Assembly (NCBI GenBank): GCA_964592225.1
Contig: CAZQCO010000003.1
Location: 15,200-79,199, forward strand
DNA from: an uncultured Bacteroidales bacterium
Lineage (GTDB): Bacteria; Bacteroidota; Bacteroidia; Bacteroidales; UBA10428
Direction of reading: 5' to 3'
Length of the DNA stretch: 64,000 nt
Position 1 is the stretch's first letter. Each line of letters begins with the position of its first letter. The notes under the pieces were generated by a model. That model had not been told where the DNA came from and ran no database searches. It was given only the letters and a program-made list of their open reading frames with translations. Of the stretch, positions 1 through 10,020 are shown in pieces. A program made the translations under genes and the position numbers.

Positions 1-1
1 T

Positions 2-403
2 ATCAAAAAAATATCTTTGGTAGTACTTATATTCAGCAGTTTTCTTCTTCTAATCGCTGTTGCGCTTATTAATAATACAATACGACTTGCCATTTATTCC
101 AAACGGTTTATTATTCGAACCATGCAACTTGTGGGTGCTACTGCAGGGTATATACGCAGACCATTTCTATTTCGGAGTGTTTTGCAGGGGATTATTGGAG
201 CATTGATAGCCTTGGCTGTATTAATCGGACTAATTTATTTTCTTCAGAATGAAATGAGTGGAATAATTCGCCTTGACGACATGAAAGTATTACTTTTACT
301 TTTTGCCATAGTTATGGTATTGGGAATAATAATAAACTGGCTCTCAACTTATGCTGCTGTATCAAAATATATACGCATTAAAACAGATAAATTATATACT
401 TAA
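2..403 (+). CDS. ftsX: FtsX-like permease, C-terminal part (5' end lies outside the window)
   Basis: Reading frame is open from the window edge. The C-terminal TM bundle '...RLAIYSKRFIIRTMQLVGATAGYIRRPF...' is typical of FtsX. It is followed by DUF3098 and uppP, as is common in Bacteroidota. Confidence 0.75.
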   Translation: MKKISLVVLIFSSFLLLIAVALINNTIRLAIYSKRFIIRTMQLVGATAGYIRRPFLFRSVLQGIIGALIALAVLIGLIYFLQNEMSGIIRLDDMKVLLLLFAIVMVLGIIINWLSTYAAVSKYIRIKTDKLYT

Positions 404-406
404 TAT

Positions 407-664
407 ATGACTCAAAAAGATATCAGTAAAAAAGATCTGGATAATTTTGCTTTACCCAAAGAAAATTACACCTATCTTCTTATTGGATTTGTGATAATTA
501 TTGTTGGATTTGTATTGATGATAGGAGGCAGAAGTGAAGATCCCAATGTATTTAACGGTAGTGAGATTTTCAGTTTCAGAAGAATTACGCTGGCACCCAT
601 TGTTGTTCTGGCTGGTTTCATTTTCGAAATGTGGGCCATTATGCGTAAACCCTCTGTGGAATAA
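407..664 (+). CDS. DUF3098-like small membrane protein
   Basis: 85 aa with two TM helices. The N-terminal pattern 'FALPKENYTYLLIGFVIIIVGFVLMIGG' and the position between ftsX and uppP both fit DUF3098. Confidence 0.6.
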   Translation: MTQKDISKKDLDNFALPKENYTYLLIGFVIIIVGFVLMIGGRSEDPNVFNGSEIFSFRRITLAPIVVLAGFIFEMWAIMRKPSVE

Positions 665-685
665 AAAATTTTTGATAATTAAGAG

Positions 686-1471
686 TTGATGAGTTGGATT
701 GAGGCCTTAGTGTTAGGGATCTTACAAGGATTGACGGAATTTTTACCTGTAAGTAGCAGCGGACATCTGGAGATTGGGAAAGCACTTCTGGGAGTTAAAT
801 TAACAGATAACCTTACTTTTGATCTTATTGTGCATGCAGGTACAGTATGCAGTACAATAGTGGTTTTTCGTAAAGAAATTATTAAGTTGTTCGAGGGATT
901 ATTCCAATTTTCATGGAATTATGAAACTCAGTATATTTCAAAACTGGTTTTATCAGCAATACCTGTAGCTTTTGTTGGTTTATATTTTAAAAGCTTTGTC
1001 GAAAAATTATTTGAAGGTAATTTGTTACTGGTAGGTTGTATGTTATTAGTAACAGCTATTTTATTGTCATTTACTTATTATGCACGACCCCGAGAAAAGA
1101 ATATTTCATTTCTCGATGCATTCATTATTGGAATAGCACAAGCCATCGCAATTTTACCTGGTATGTCACGTTCAGGAGCGACAATTGCCACCGCCCTTTT
1201 ATTAAAAAATAAACGCGAAAGTGCGGCAAAATTTTCTTTTCTAATGGTTTTGCTACCTATATTAGGCAAAGCAATGCTCGATATCATTAACGGTAAAATA
1301 ATTTCAGAAGAAATGGCAGTTAGTTCTTTATTAACAGGTTTTTTTACATCATTTCTGGTTGGGCTGTTGGCATGTAGTTTAATGCTGAGAATTGTCAAGA
1401 AGAGTAAATTGATCTATTTTGCAATATATTGTGCTGTTGTTGCTGGCCTTACAATTATATTTAGCTTATAA
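686..1471 (+). CDS. uppP: undecaprenyl-diphosphate phosphatase
   Basis: Polytopic membrane protein carrying the BacA/UppP motifs 'EFLPVSSSGHL' and 'PGMSRSGATI'. The track start at 686 is TTG; the ATG at 689 is an equally good start. Confidence 0.9.
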   Translation: MMSWIEALVLGILQGLTEFLPVSSSGHLEIGKALLGVKLTDNLTFDLIVHAGTVCSTIVVFRKEIIKLFEGLFQFSWNYETQYISKLVLSAIPVAFVGLYFKSFVEKLFEGNLLLVGCMLLVTAILLSFTYYARPREKNISFLDAFIIGIAQAIAILPGMSRSGATIATALLLKNKRESAAKFSFLMVLLPILGKAMLDIINGKIISEEMAVSSLLTGFFTSFLVGLLACSLMLRIVKKSKLIYFAIYCAVVAGLTIIFSL

Positions 1472-1479
1472 AGGAATAG

Positions 1480-2184
1480 ATGAATAATCTTTTTACCTTA
1501 GAAAAATTGGAGGAAGGATTAATCCTTCCTTTTGATAAGCCCTATAGGTGGACCTCGTTTGATCTGGTTAATATGGTGCGTAAAAATCTTTGTCAGTTTG
1601 TCGGGATAAAGAAATTAAAAGTTGGCCATGCCGGAACACTTGATCCACTTGCCACCGGATTGCTGATTCTTTGTACCGGAAGGGCAACAAAGAAAATTAA
1701 TTTAATTCAGGCTTTAACAAAGGAATATGAAGCTGAAATAACACTGGGAGCGACTACTCCTTCATTCGATTTAGAAACTAAAATTGATAAAACATATTCA
1801 ATTAATCATATAAGTAATTCATTATTAAATGAGAAGATAAAATTATTTAAAGGAAAAATAAAGCAAATTCCTCCAATATATTCTGCAAAAAAAATTAAAG
1901 GGATCAGGGCATATGAATTTGCCAGGGAAGGGATTGAAAAAAAAATGGAACCTGTTGAGATTGAAATATTCGATATAAATATAATCTCTTATAAAGTGCC
2001 AATATTACAAATTAGTATTAAGTGTAGCAAGGGAACTTACATTCGTTCATTCGCCCGCGATTTAGGAAAAAAACTAAATTCGGGAGCTTATCTCTCCGGC
2101 TTAAGAAGAACTGCAATAGGTCACTATAACATTAAGGGAGCAATTAATTTAGAAAAATTTCAAAATAAAGTAAACATTTCGTAA
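1480..2184 (+). CDS. truB: tRNA pseudouridine(55) synthase (short form without PUA domain)
   Basis: Catalytic-Asp motif 'GHAGTLDPLATGLLIL' and 'KGTYIRS' are present. Confidence 0.9.
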   Translation: MNNLFTLEKLEEGLILPFDKPYRWTSFDLVNMVRKNLCQFVGIKKLKVGHAGTLDPLATGLLILCTGRATKKINLIQALTKEYEAEITLGATTPSFDLETKIDKTYSINHISNSLLNEKIKLFKGKIKQIPPIYSAKKIKGIRAYEFAREGIEKKMEPVEIEIFDINIISYKVPILQISIKCSKGTYIRSFARDLGKKLNSGAYLSGLRRTAIGHYNIKGAINLEKFQNKVNIS

Positions 2185-2253
2185 CTCAAATTGCTTTTCT
2201 ACGTATAAAGGTCGTTTTAGTCATACATCACCTATTTTAAAGATATATTTAAT

Positions 2254-3303
2254 ATGAAGCTTTCGCAATATAAATACAATTTACCTGAAGATTTAATCGC
2301 TAAATATCCTGCTCCTACTCGCGACGAATCGCGATTAATGGTGTTGAACAGAAAAAACAAATCAATAGAGCACAAGATTTTTAAAGATATTATTGATTAT
2401 TTTAACGAACAGGATGTTATGGTGTTTAACAATACAAAAGTTTTTCCTGCTCGTTTGTATGGAAATAAAGAAAAAACCGGCGCTGAAATTGAAGTTTTTC
2501 TACTCCGTGAATTAAACAAAGAACAGAGACTTTGGGATGTGCTTGTGGATCCCGCCCGAAAAATCAGAATAGGGAATAAATTATATTTTGGTGATGATGA
2601 TCTGCTAGTTGCCGAAGTCATTGATAATACTACTTCAAGGGGTCGTACTTTGCGTTTTTTGTTTGATGGTGACTATGAAGATTTTAAAAAAACGCTTTAT
2701 GGTTTAGGTGAAACGCCGCTCCCTAAATTTATTAAACGTGAAGTTCAACCTGAAGATAAAGAGAGATATCAGACAATTTTCGCAAAGCATGAGGGTGCCG
2801 TTGCGGCCCCAACTGCCGGATTACATTTCAGTCGTGAATTATTGAAGCGTCTGGAGATTAAGGGTATTGAGTTTGCAGAAATAACTTTACATGTAGGATT
2901 AGGAAATTTTCGTACGGTCGATGTTGAAGATCTCACCAAGCATAAGATGGATTCAGAAAAAATCATTATTCCCGCAGAAGCTGTTAAAATAGTTAACAGG
3001 GCAAAGGATAACCGAAAAGAGATTTGTGCAGTGGGAACTACTGTTATGCGTACATTAGAAAGTTCAGTTTCAACTCAGGGATATTTAAAAGATTTCGACG
3101 GATGGACTAATAAATTTATTTTTCCACCCTACGATTTCAATGTCCCAACTTCAATGATTTCTAATTTTCATTTACCGCTTTCTACACTCTTGATGTCAGT
3201 TTCGGCATTTGCCGGATATGATTTTCTCTTCGACTCCTATAAGCTGGCCATAAAAGAGAAGTATCGATTTGGGACTTATGGCGATGCTATGTTAATTATT
3301 TAA
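2254..3303 (+). CDS. queA: S-adenosylmethionine:tRNA ribosyltransferase-isomerase
   Basis: 349 aa with QueA-like blocks along its full length: 'SRLMVL', 'VFPARLYG', '[12 protein letters not shown]', '[12 protein letters not shown]', 'SNFHLP'. Confidence 0.93.
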   Translation: MKLSQYKYNLPEDLIAKYPAPTRDESRLMVLNRKNKSIEHKIFKDIIDYFNEQDVMVFNNTKVFPARLYGNKEKTGAEIEVFLLRELNKEQRLWDVLVDPARKIRIGNKLYFGDDDLLVAEVIDNTTSRGRTLRFLFDGDYEDFKKTLYGLGETPLPKFIKREVQPEDKERYQTIFAKHEGAVAAPTAGLHFSRELLKRLEIKGIEFAEITLHVGLGNFRTVDVEDLTKHKMDSEKIIIPAEAVKIVNRAKDNRKEICAVGTTVMRTLESSVSTQGYLKDFDGWTNKFIFPPYDFNVPTSMISNFHLPLSTLLMSVSAFAGYDFLFDSYKLAIKEKYRFGTYGDAMLII

Positions 3304-3307
3304 TTGC

Positions 3308-3347
3308 TTTGAGTGAATCTTGGAAAGTAGACACTCAAATTTTTTTA
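3308..3347 (+). terminator. rho-independent terminator after queA
   Basis: The 8-bp stem TTTGAGTG (3308-3315) pairs with CACTCAAA (3332-3339), with inner TCT/AGA pairs. An 8-T run follows at 3340-3347. Confidence 0.6.
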
Positions 3348-3358
3348 CAAAAAAAGTA

Positions 3359-3366
3359 TACTTTTG
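3359..3366 (+). promoter_or_regulatory. Bacteroides-type -7 promoter box (TAnnTTTG)
   Basis: TACTTTTG matches the established Bacteroides sigma-A -7 consensus TAnnTTTG. It lies ~60 nt upstream of the ATG at 3429 and just after the queA terminator. Confidence 0.45.
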
Positions 3367-3428
3367 TGCAACTTCCTGCTCGACTTATTGTCTACTTAAA
3401 GCAGAATTAAATAATAAGACAAAGAGTC

Positions 3429-4034
3429 ATGAAAAAGTTTGCAATTATAATTTCTGGCATTCTTATAATGTCCCTTACGCATGCTCAGGATAATGAGTTT
3501 AAAACTATTTTTCAGCGTAATGATGATAAACCTTTAATTGTTAGTGGATTTGGTGGTCCTATGATGGCATTTACTTCTATTGGTGATAATTTTGCCCATT
3601 TGATGGGCGGAGGTGGTGGCGTGATGCTGAATAACTTTTTCTTTGGTGGCTATGGATTGGGATTGACGACTCCAGTACCCTATAAAAATGAGTCGGAACA
3701 TAATCTGGAGTTTGGTCACGGTGGATTATGGTTTGGATTTATTCTGGGATCAAACCGACCGGTTCATCTTTCAATTTCTTCACTTCTAGGTTGGGGCGAT
3801 ATTTCAGAAAGTGACCCGCTTATCGTTGGTCTCGACCAATTATCATCTTATCCTGTTTTTGTTATTACTCCTCTGGTTGAAGTTGAACTTAATTTTTCTC
3901 GTTTCTTCAAAATGGGTGCCGGTACCTCTATAAGTTTTCTAAATGGACCGGGAATTGAGCAAACACCTTATTCTTTCAGAGACTTTGCAAAGCCTTCAGT
4001 ATTTCTATCATTTAAATTCGGATGGTTCAATTAA
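3429..4034 (+). CDS. exported Gly-rich hypothetical protein (possible small OM beta-barrel)
   Basis: Signal peptide 'MKKFAIIISGILIMSLTHAQ', Gly-rich segments, and an aromatic C-terminus '...FKFGWFN'. I recognise no family. Confidence 0.5.
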   Translation: MKKFAIIISGILIMSLTHAQDNEFKTIFQRNDDKPLIVSGFGGPMMAFTSIGDNFAHLMGGGGGVMLNNFFFGGYGLGLTTPVPYKNESEHNLEFGHGGLWFGFILGSNRPVHLSISSLLGWGDISESDPLIVGLDQLSSYPVFVITPLVEVELNFSRFFKMGAGTSISFLNGPGIEQTPYSFRDFAKPSVFLSFKFGWFN

Positions 4035-4104
4035 AACATATTTAAATTAATAAGCATACAATAGTTTCTACTTTGAATTATACTTCAATAAAAAATTATA
4101 TTAC

Positions 4105-4130
4105 AGAGGATTAATAGGATCCTCTTTTTT
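4105..4130 (+). terminator. rho-independent terminator
   Basis: The 7-bp stem AGAGGAT (4105-4111) pairs with ATCCTCT (4119-4125) across a 7-nt loop. The T run extends to 4130. Confidence 0.6.
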
Positions 4131-4266
4131 ATTTCTTCGTTATAAGCAATTAACATTTTTTATAAGGAATTCAGCAAGACTTAATTAGTGATGATTTATC
4201 CAACTTAATAAAATGATTATCTTAGTTGCCCCTAACTGATCGATAGTTAAAATTCAATTTTGACTG

Positions 4267-7200
4267 ATGAAAACATTACGTTTGTACAACAGAATTCTAG
4301 GTTGGAGTGTATTTATTATCGCTGCATCCATATATCTTTTAACTCTCGAACCAACTACAAGTCTCTGGGATTGTGGTGAATTTATTGCCAGCGCCTTCAA
4401 GTTACAGGTTGGTCATCCGCCAGGAGCTCCTTTATTTATGATCCTTGCCCGCTTTTTCTCGCTATTCGCCGGAGGCAATGTGTCAAAAGTTGCATTGATG
4501 ATCAATGCAATGTCGGGTTTGGCAAGTGCATTTACAATTATGTTTCTTTTCTGGACCATTACGCATTTGGCTGTTAAAGTGATCAACGCCGGCGAAAAAA
4601 TTAAATCGTGGCAAATCATAGCAATTTTGGGTAGTTCCCTTGTCGGATCGCTTGCCTATACGTTTTCAGATGCTTTTTGGTTCTCGGCAGTTGAAGGTGA
4701 AGTATATGCCAGTTCTTCACTATTTACCGCGATGGTTTTTTGGGCTATTCTAAAATGGGAAAATACAGCTGATGAAAAATATGCAAATCGCTGGCTGATT
4801 CTTATTGCTTATCTAATGGGTTTATCAATAGGCGTACATCTTTTAAATTTGCTGGCCATTCCGGCAATTGTTTTGGTTTACTATTATAAAAAATATACCT
4901 TTTCCTGGAGGGGTTTAATTGCAGCGCTTTCTATTTCAATCATTATTTTGGGGAGTGTAATGTACATTATAATACCAGGAGTAATATGGATAGCATCACG
5001 GTTTGAGCTTTTGTTCGTTAATACATTTGGATTACCTTACAATACAGGAGTATTATTCTATGCGGCTTTACTTATTGGGGGCCTGATATATGGGATTCTA
5101 TATACACACAGGCATAAAAAAGTACTGGCAAATACGGTGCTTTTAATACTCACGGTTATCATTCTGGGATATTCTTCTTTTTCGATGATTGTAATTCGGT
5201 CTCTTGCTGATCCGCCGATGGATGAAAACAGTCCTGAAACCGTATTTTCTTTAATGTACTATTTGAACCGTGAACAATATGGTGACAGACCTCTTTTTAA
5301 AGGACAATATTTTAATGCCCCCCGGCCAACAATTGAAGAAGGTAAACCTACTTATACTCAAATTGACGGCAAATATAAAGTAACTAACAGGAAAACTGTA
5401 GCTAAATATGATAAGAACTATACAACTTTATTTCCGCGGATGTACAGTAGCAGTCCGGAACATATTGAAATTTATTTGGAGTGGGGAGGTCTTAAAGAAA
5501 AGGATTTGTACTCTGCCCGATACAATGAGAGTGGAAAAATTATTACCAACCAGATGGGGCAAGTTGTATATGACAGGAACAGACCTAAAAAGAAACCTTC
5601 TTTTAGTTCTAACATTCGGTTTTTCTTTACCTATCAGCTCGGGCATATGTATTTCAGGTATTTCATGTGGAATTTTGCCGGTCGGCAAAATGACGAACAG
5701 GCTGATGGAGGACCGTTGAACGGGAACTGGATTACAGGTATTAACTTTATTGACAATTTGTTGATTGGCAGTACTGAAAAAATGCCGGATGAAATTAAAC
5801 ACCATCCTTCAAGAAATACTTATTTTTTGTTACCACTTCTACTTGGTATTTTAGGAATAATGTTGCAATCATCGAAAAATAAGAAAGATTTTTCAGTGGT
5901 TGGCATACTGTTTATTCTGACCGGAATTGCTATTGTTGTCTATTTGAATCAAACTCCTTTACAACCCAGAGAACGTGATTATGCCTATGCCGGATCATTT
6001 TATGCTTTTGCCATCTGGATAGGGCTTGGTGTGCTAGGTATAATCGATATAATTGGTAAGAAGGCAAAGAATATTCCAGTTGTTGTTATTATTACAATAG
6101 CTTGCCTGGTTTTAGTACCGGGTATAATGGCAAAAGAGAACTGGGACGATCATGACCGCTCCGGGAGGTATACTGCAAGAGATATTGCCTATAATTATCT
6201 CAATTCTTGTGCACCTAATGCCATCCTGTTTACGGGAGGAGATAACGATACTTTTCCACTTTGGTATGCACAGGAAGTCGAAGGAATTCGTACCGATGTT
6301 CGGGTAGTGAACCTTATGCTGTTGAATATGGACTGGTATATCGATCAGATGAAACGGAAAGTCTATGATTCGGAAGCAGTGCCTATTCTGATTGAATCGG
6401 AAAAATACCGAAATGGCACACGCGATGCAATACCTATTTACGAACGCACCGATCAGTCCTATGATGCAAAGGATATTATTGATTTCATTATTTCCGATTT
6501 AAGATCAACAAAATTACCTGCTCAATCGGGAGGAGAACTTGATTATGTACCTACACGTGCTTTCTTCTTCCCGGTCGATTCGGCCAGAGTTGTAAGCAAC
6601 GGAACTGTTAATCCGAAAAATGCGGATCAAATTGTTAAAAATGTAAAAGGTCGTATTACAGCAAGTTACTTAACCAAGAGTAATTTGGCAGCACTTGATT
6701 TATTACGGAATAATAATTGGGAAAGACCCATTTACTATGTAGGAACTAATCAGACAGATGAGCTGGGTTTAAGTAACTATTTGCAGCTTGACGGTCTCGC
6801 ATACAGACTTGTTCCGATAAAAACACCTAAGGTTACAAGCTTTGAAAAGGGGAGAATTGAAACGGAAATTCTCTATAATAACCTGATGAATATTTTTTTG
6901 TACAGGGGAATGAATGATGAAGATGTCTACTTTGATACTTTTCATCGCAGAACATTATCAGTGATAAGAATACGTTTTCGTTTTATAAGGCTTGCCAATC
7001 AACTAATTGAAGCAGGAGATAACGAAAGAGCTGAATTAGTGCTTGACAGAATTATGGAGATTCTTCCCAACAAGAATCTCCCCTATGATATGTTTATGCC
7101 TGGAATTGCCGAAACGTACTACAAAATTTCAAAATTCGAGAAAGGAATTGCTATTCAGGAAAAAATGATTGATATTTCGCAGCGACATCTTGAATATTAT

Positions 7201-7371
7201 AGTACGTTCAGTAAACAACAATTAAAACGTATCAACATGGAGGTGACTTATCATATGAGAATACTTGCCAATTCTGTGCAATTGGCCCGTGAGTATAATC
7301 AGACTGAATTGGCCTTGAAAGCGGAGGAATTGTTTAATAAATTTGGAGAGACTTTCTCAATAATGCAATAA
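4267..7371 (+). CDS. DUF2723 / GT-C-like (TMEM260-like) membrane glycosyltransferase family protein
   Basis: 1034 aa. The N-terminal 'TTSLWDCGEFIASAFKLQVGHPPGAPLF' motif, many TM helices and a long soluble helical C-terminus are characteristic of Bacteroidota DUF2723 proteins. Confidence 0.75.
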   Translation: MKTLRLYNRILGWSVFIIAASIYLLTLEPTTSLWDCGEFIASAFKLQVGHPPGAPLFMILARFFSLFAGGNVSKVALMINAMSGLASAFTIMFLFWTITHLAVKVINAGEKIKSWQIIAILGSSLVGSLAYTFSDAFWFSAVEGEVYASSSLFTAMVFWAILKWENTADEKYANRWLILIAYLMGLSIGVHLLNLLAIPAIVLVYYYKKYTFSWRGLIAALSISIIILGSVMYIIIPGVIWIASRFELLFVNTFGLPYNTGVLFYAALLIGGLIYGILYTHRHKKVLANTVLLILTVIILGYSSFSMIVIRSLADPPMDENSPETVFSLMYYLNREQYGDRPLFKGQYFNAPRPTIEEGKPTYTQIDGKYKVTNRKTVAKYDKNYTTLFPRMYSSSPEHIEIYLEWGGLKEKDLYSARYNESGKIITNQMGQVVYDRNRPKKKPSFSSNIRFFFTYQLGHMYFRYFMWNFAGRQNDEQADGGPLNGNWITGINFIDNLLIGSTEKMPDEIKHHPSRNTYFLLPLLLGILGIMLQSSKNKKDFSVVGILFILTGIAIVVYLNQTPLQPRERDYAYAGSFYAFAIWIGLGVLGIIDIIGKKAKNIPVVVIITIACLVLVPGIMAKENWDDHDRSGRYTARDIAYNYLNSCAPNAILFTGGDNDTFPLWYAQEVEGIRTDVRVVNLMLLNMDWYIDQMKRKVYDSEAVPILIESEKYRNGTRDAIPIYERTDQSYDAKDIIDFIISDLRSTKLPAQSGGELDYVPTRAFFFPVDSARVVSNGTVNPKNADQIVKNVKGRITASYLTKSNLAALDLLRNNNWERPIYYVGTNQTDELGLSNYLQLDGLAYRLVPIKTPKVTSFEKGRIETEILYNNLMNIFLYRGMNDEDVYFDTFHRRTLSVIRIRFRFIRLANQLIEAGDNERAELVLDRIMEILPNKNLPYDMFMPGIAETYYKISKFEKGIAIQEKMIDISQRHLEYYSTFSKQQLKRINMEVTYHMRILANSVQLAREYNQTELALKAEELFNKFGETFSIMQ

Positions 7372-7393
7372 AAAGGAAGAACGCGAATATAAT

Positions 7394-8368
7394 TTAATGC
7401 TCTCTTTCCATTATTTGTGTAAGTAATTGAATTATTGGATCTTTCCTATTGTCAGCAACCTTTACCTTAGTAAGATATTCTAATCCCGTAGAAAAAAACT
7501 TGTGTGTCAGATCTTTAGTTCTGGCCGGGATATTTAATCTTTCATAAATACTTTTTACAGCTTTTATTTTTTCATCTGTATTTGTCTTTTTCTCACTTAT
7601 CCAGTATTTGAGTTCGTTAATAAGATTTTTATCAGCTGTTTGCAGTGCGCTTAGTACCAGATATGTTTTTTTATTGGCAACAATATCGCCTCCAATAGTT
7701 TTCCCAAACTGATGATTATCTGCAAATGCATCCAGGTAATCATCCTGAAGCTGGAAGGCTATACCAATATTAAGACCAAATTGATATAAATTATTAATAT
7801 CGTCGGCTGTAGCATTAGCTGTTACTCCTCCTGTAGCTAAAGAAGCGGCAATTAATACTGCAGTTTTCAAACGTATCATTTCAAGATAATTATCAACAGT
7901 AACATCTGACAGCTTTTCGAAATTCATGTCCAGTTGCTGACCTTCGCATACTTCTAGGGCCGTCTTATTAAAAAGGCTGAAAACCTTTGGCAGCACATCA
8001 ATTTTTGTTCGTGAAATGAGTTGGTATGCCAGTATTAGCATGGCATCGCCTGAAAGGATTGCTGTGTTTTGATTCCATTTAATATGGACTGTCGGGGAAT
8101 TTCGACGCATAGGGGCATTGTCCATAATATCGTCATGCAAAAGTGTGAAATTATGAAAGATCTCAATTCCCAGGGCAGGTTCAATAACCGGCTCAACAGT
8201 ATCGGAGAATAAGGAATGCGACATTATGGCTAAACAAGGTCTGATCCGTTTACCACCGATAGAAAGAATATACTTAACAGGTTGGTAAAGCTCTACCGGA
8301 TTTCTTTCAAAGGATAGTGCAGAAAGACGATTTTCAACAATTTCAAAGCATTGGGAGTAATTCAACAT
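7394..8368 (-). CDS. polyprenyl diphosphate synthase (trans-isoprenyl synthase family)
   Basis: Both aspartate-rich motifs are present: 'LLHDDIMD' (FARM) and 'QLQDDYLD' (SARM). Product chain length cannot be read from the sequence. Confidence 0.88.
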   Translation of the reverse strand: MLNYSQCFEIVENRLSALSFERNPVELYQPVKYILSIGGKRIRPCLAIMSHSLFSDTVEPVIEPALGIEIFHNFTLLHDDIMDNAPMRRNSPTVHIKWNQNTAILSGDAMLILAYQLISRTKIDVLPKVFSLFNKTALEVCEGQQLDMNFEKLSDVTVDNYLEMIRLKTAVLIAASLATGGVTANATADDINNLYQFGLNIGIAFQLQDDYLDAFADNHQFGKTIGGDIVANKKTYLVLSALQTADKNLINELKYWISEKKTNTDEKIKAVKSIYERLNIPARTKDLTHKFFSTGLEYLTKVKVADNRKDPIIQLLTQIMEREH

Positions 8369-8512
8369 TATATTTCAATTCTATCTACAACAAAAATAAG
8401 ACATCTCAAATAAACAATGAGAAAAAATCTGGTTCTTGCTAAATGATAAACCGTTTCCTAATTGTCATTTTTATACTAATTTTGCGATCTGATTCTGGTA
8501 AATATAAACATC

Positions 8513-9994
8513 ATGCATTATCATTCACCTGCAAGGTTTATAGTATTATTTGTATTTTTATTCCTTATTCCTATTTCCCTTTGGTCAGCCTCACCTAAAA
8601 TTAAGGTTAAAATCAATGGTATGGCTGATACAACTATCATTCTTGCCCATTATCTTAATAAATCCATCTATCCCGACGATACAATAAATTTAAATTCCAG
8701 GGGTGAAGGAATTTTTAAGAGCATTAATGAGTACACACAGGGGATGTATCTTATTTACATGCCCTCAGGCAAATATGTTGAATTCATGATGGGGGAGGAC
8801 CAGGTTTTTTCTATTACAACCGACACATCCAATTTTATTACCGAGGCGAAAATCGAAGGCTCAGAAGAAAATACCATTTTTTTTGGTTTTCAGAATTACA
8901 TGATTGATAAACGGGATGAGATTAAAAGGTTCAGCGATATATTGAATAATTCGGATAACGAGGATGAAAAACGAACCGCTCATGCCGGAATTGAAGAATT
9001 GACCAATGAACGTAAGAAGAAAATTAAAAAAATTGTAACAGAAAATCCCGATTTGTTTGTTTCGGCATTCCTTAAAGCCACACTTGACATTGAGGTGCCT
9101 GATCCTCCTGCAAGCGAAGATGATACAATTGATTCCGAATGGCAATATAAATATTATAAGGCTCACTATTTCGATAATTTTAATCCAGCTGATGGAAGGT
9201 TGCTTCTTACGCCGTTGTACGAAGATAAAATCATGTATTATCTTGAAAAAGTGGTACTTCAAATTCCCGATTCACTAATTAAAGAGGTTGACTTTCTTAT
9301 TGATGGAGCTCGTGCCGATTCTTCGTTATTTCGTTATTTACTTATTACCCTGTTTAATCATTATGGTAACAGTAACATTATGGGGTTCGATGCAGTGCAG
9401 GTTCACCTGGCAGAAAAGTACTATCTTAAAGAAGCGTGGTGGAGCAGTGATCAATTTTTAAAAGAGCTTGAAGAGCGTGTTGAAATTCTGAAACCCTTAA
9501 TACTTGGTAAAGCAGCTCCGAATATTGAATTGTTGATTGTCCCATCTGATCATTTTAAAGCAGCTGAAAATGACGATGCACTCAAGAAATATCCACATGT
9601 GGGGGAATTGGTAAAAATTTACGATATACCTGCTGATTATACGGTACTATTCTTTTGGGAAGCCAATTGCAGCCATTGCAAAACGGCGGTTCCGAAAATG
9701 CATTCTATTTTTAAAGAGCAACTTGAATCCATGGGGGTCAAAGTGATAGCCATCAGCACTTTATTTGGTGAAGAAGGTAAAGTGAAATGGATCGATTTTG
9801 TCAATAGTCATAAAACCTATGATTGGATAAATGCATGGAACCCATATGACTACCAGTATAAAGTCATATATGATATACGATCGACACCACAAATTTTCGT
9901 TTTGGATAAGGATAAAAAAATAATTGGGAAAAGGATCGGTCCGGAACAAGTGCCTGAATTGATTGAAGCCTATAAAAAACAATCCGGAGAATAG
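8513..9994 (+). CDS. exported thioredoxin-fold (TlpA/redoxin-like) protein with DUF5106-like N-terminal region
   Basis: Signal peptide, then a C-terminal thioredoxin-like segment with CxxC in 'FFWEANCSHCK'. The middle region 'YYKAHYFDNFNPADGRLLLTP' resembles Bacteroidota DUF5106 proteins. Confidence 0.65.
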   Translation: MHYHSPARFIVLFVFLFLIPISLWSASPKIKVKINGMADTTIILAHYLNKSIYPDDTINLNSRGEGIFKSINEYTQGMYLIYMPSGKYVEFMMGEDQVFSITTDTSNFITEAKIEGSEENTIFFGFQNYMIDKRDEIKRFSDILNNSDNEDEKRTAHAGIEELTNERKKKIKKIVTENPDLFVSAFLKATLDIEVPDPPASEDDTIDSEWQYKYYKAHYFDNFNPADGRLLLTPLYEDKIMYYLEKVVLQIPDSLIKEVDFLIDGARADSSLFRYLLITLFNHYGNSNIMGFDAVQVHLAEKYYLKEAWWSSDQFLKELEERVEILKPLILGKAAPNIELLIVPSDHFKAAENDDALKKYPHVGELVKIYDIPADYTVLFFWEANCSHCKTAVPKMHSIFKEQLESMGVKVIAISTLFGEEGKVKWIDFVNSHKTYDWINAWNPYDYQYKVIYDIRSTPQIFVLDKDKKIIGKRIGPEQVPELIEAYKKQSGE

Positions 9995-10020
9995 AATATA
10001 AATACAACAAAAAATAAAAG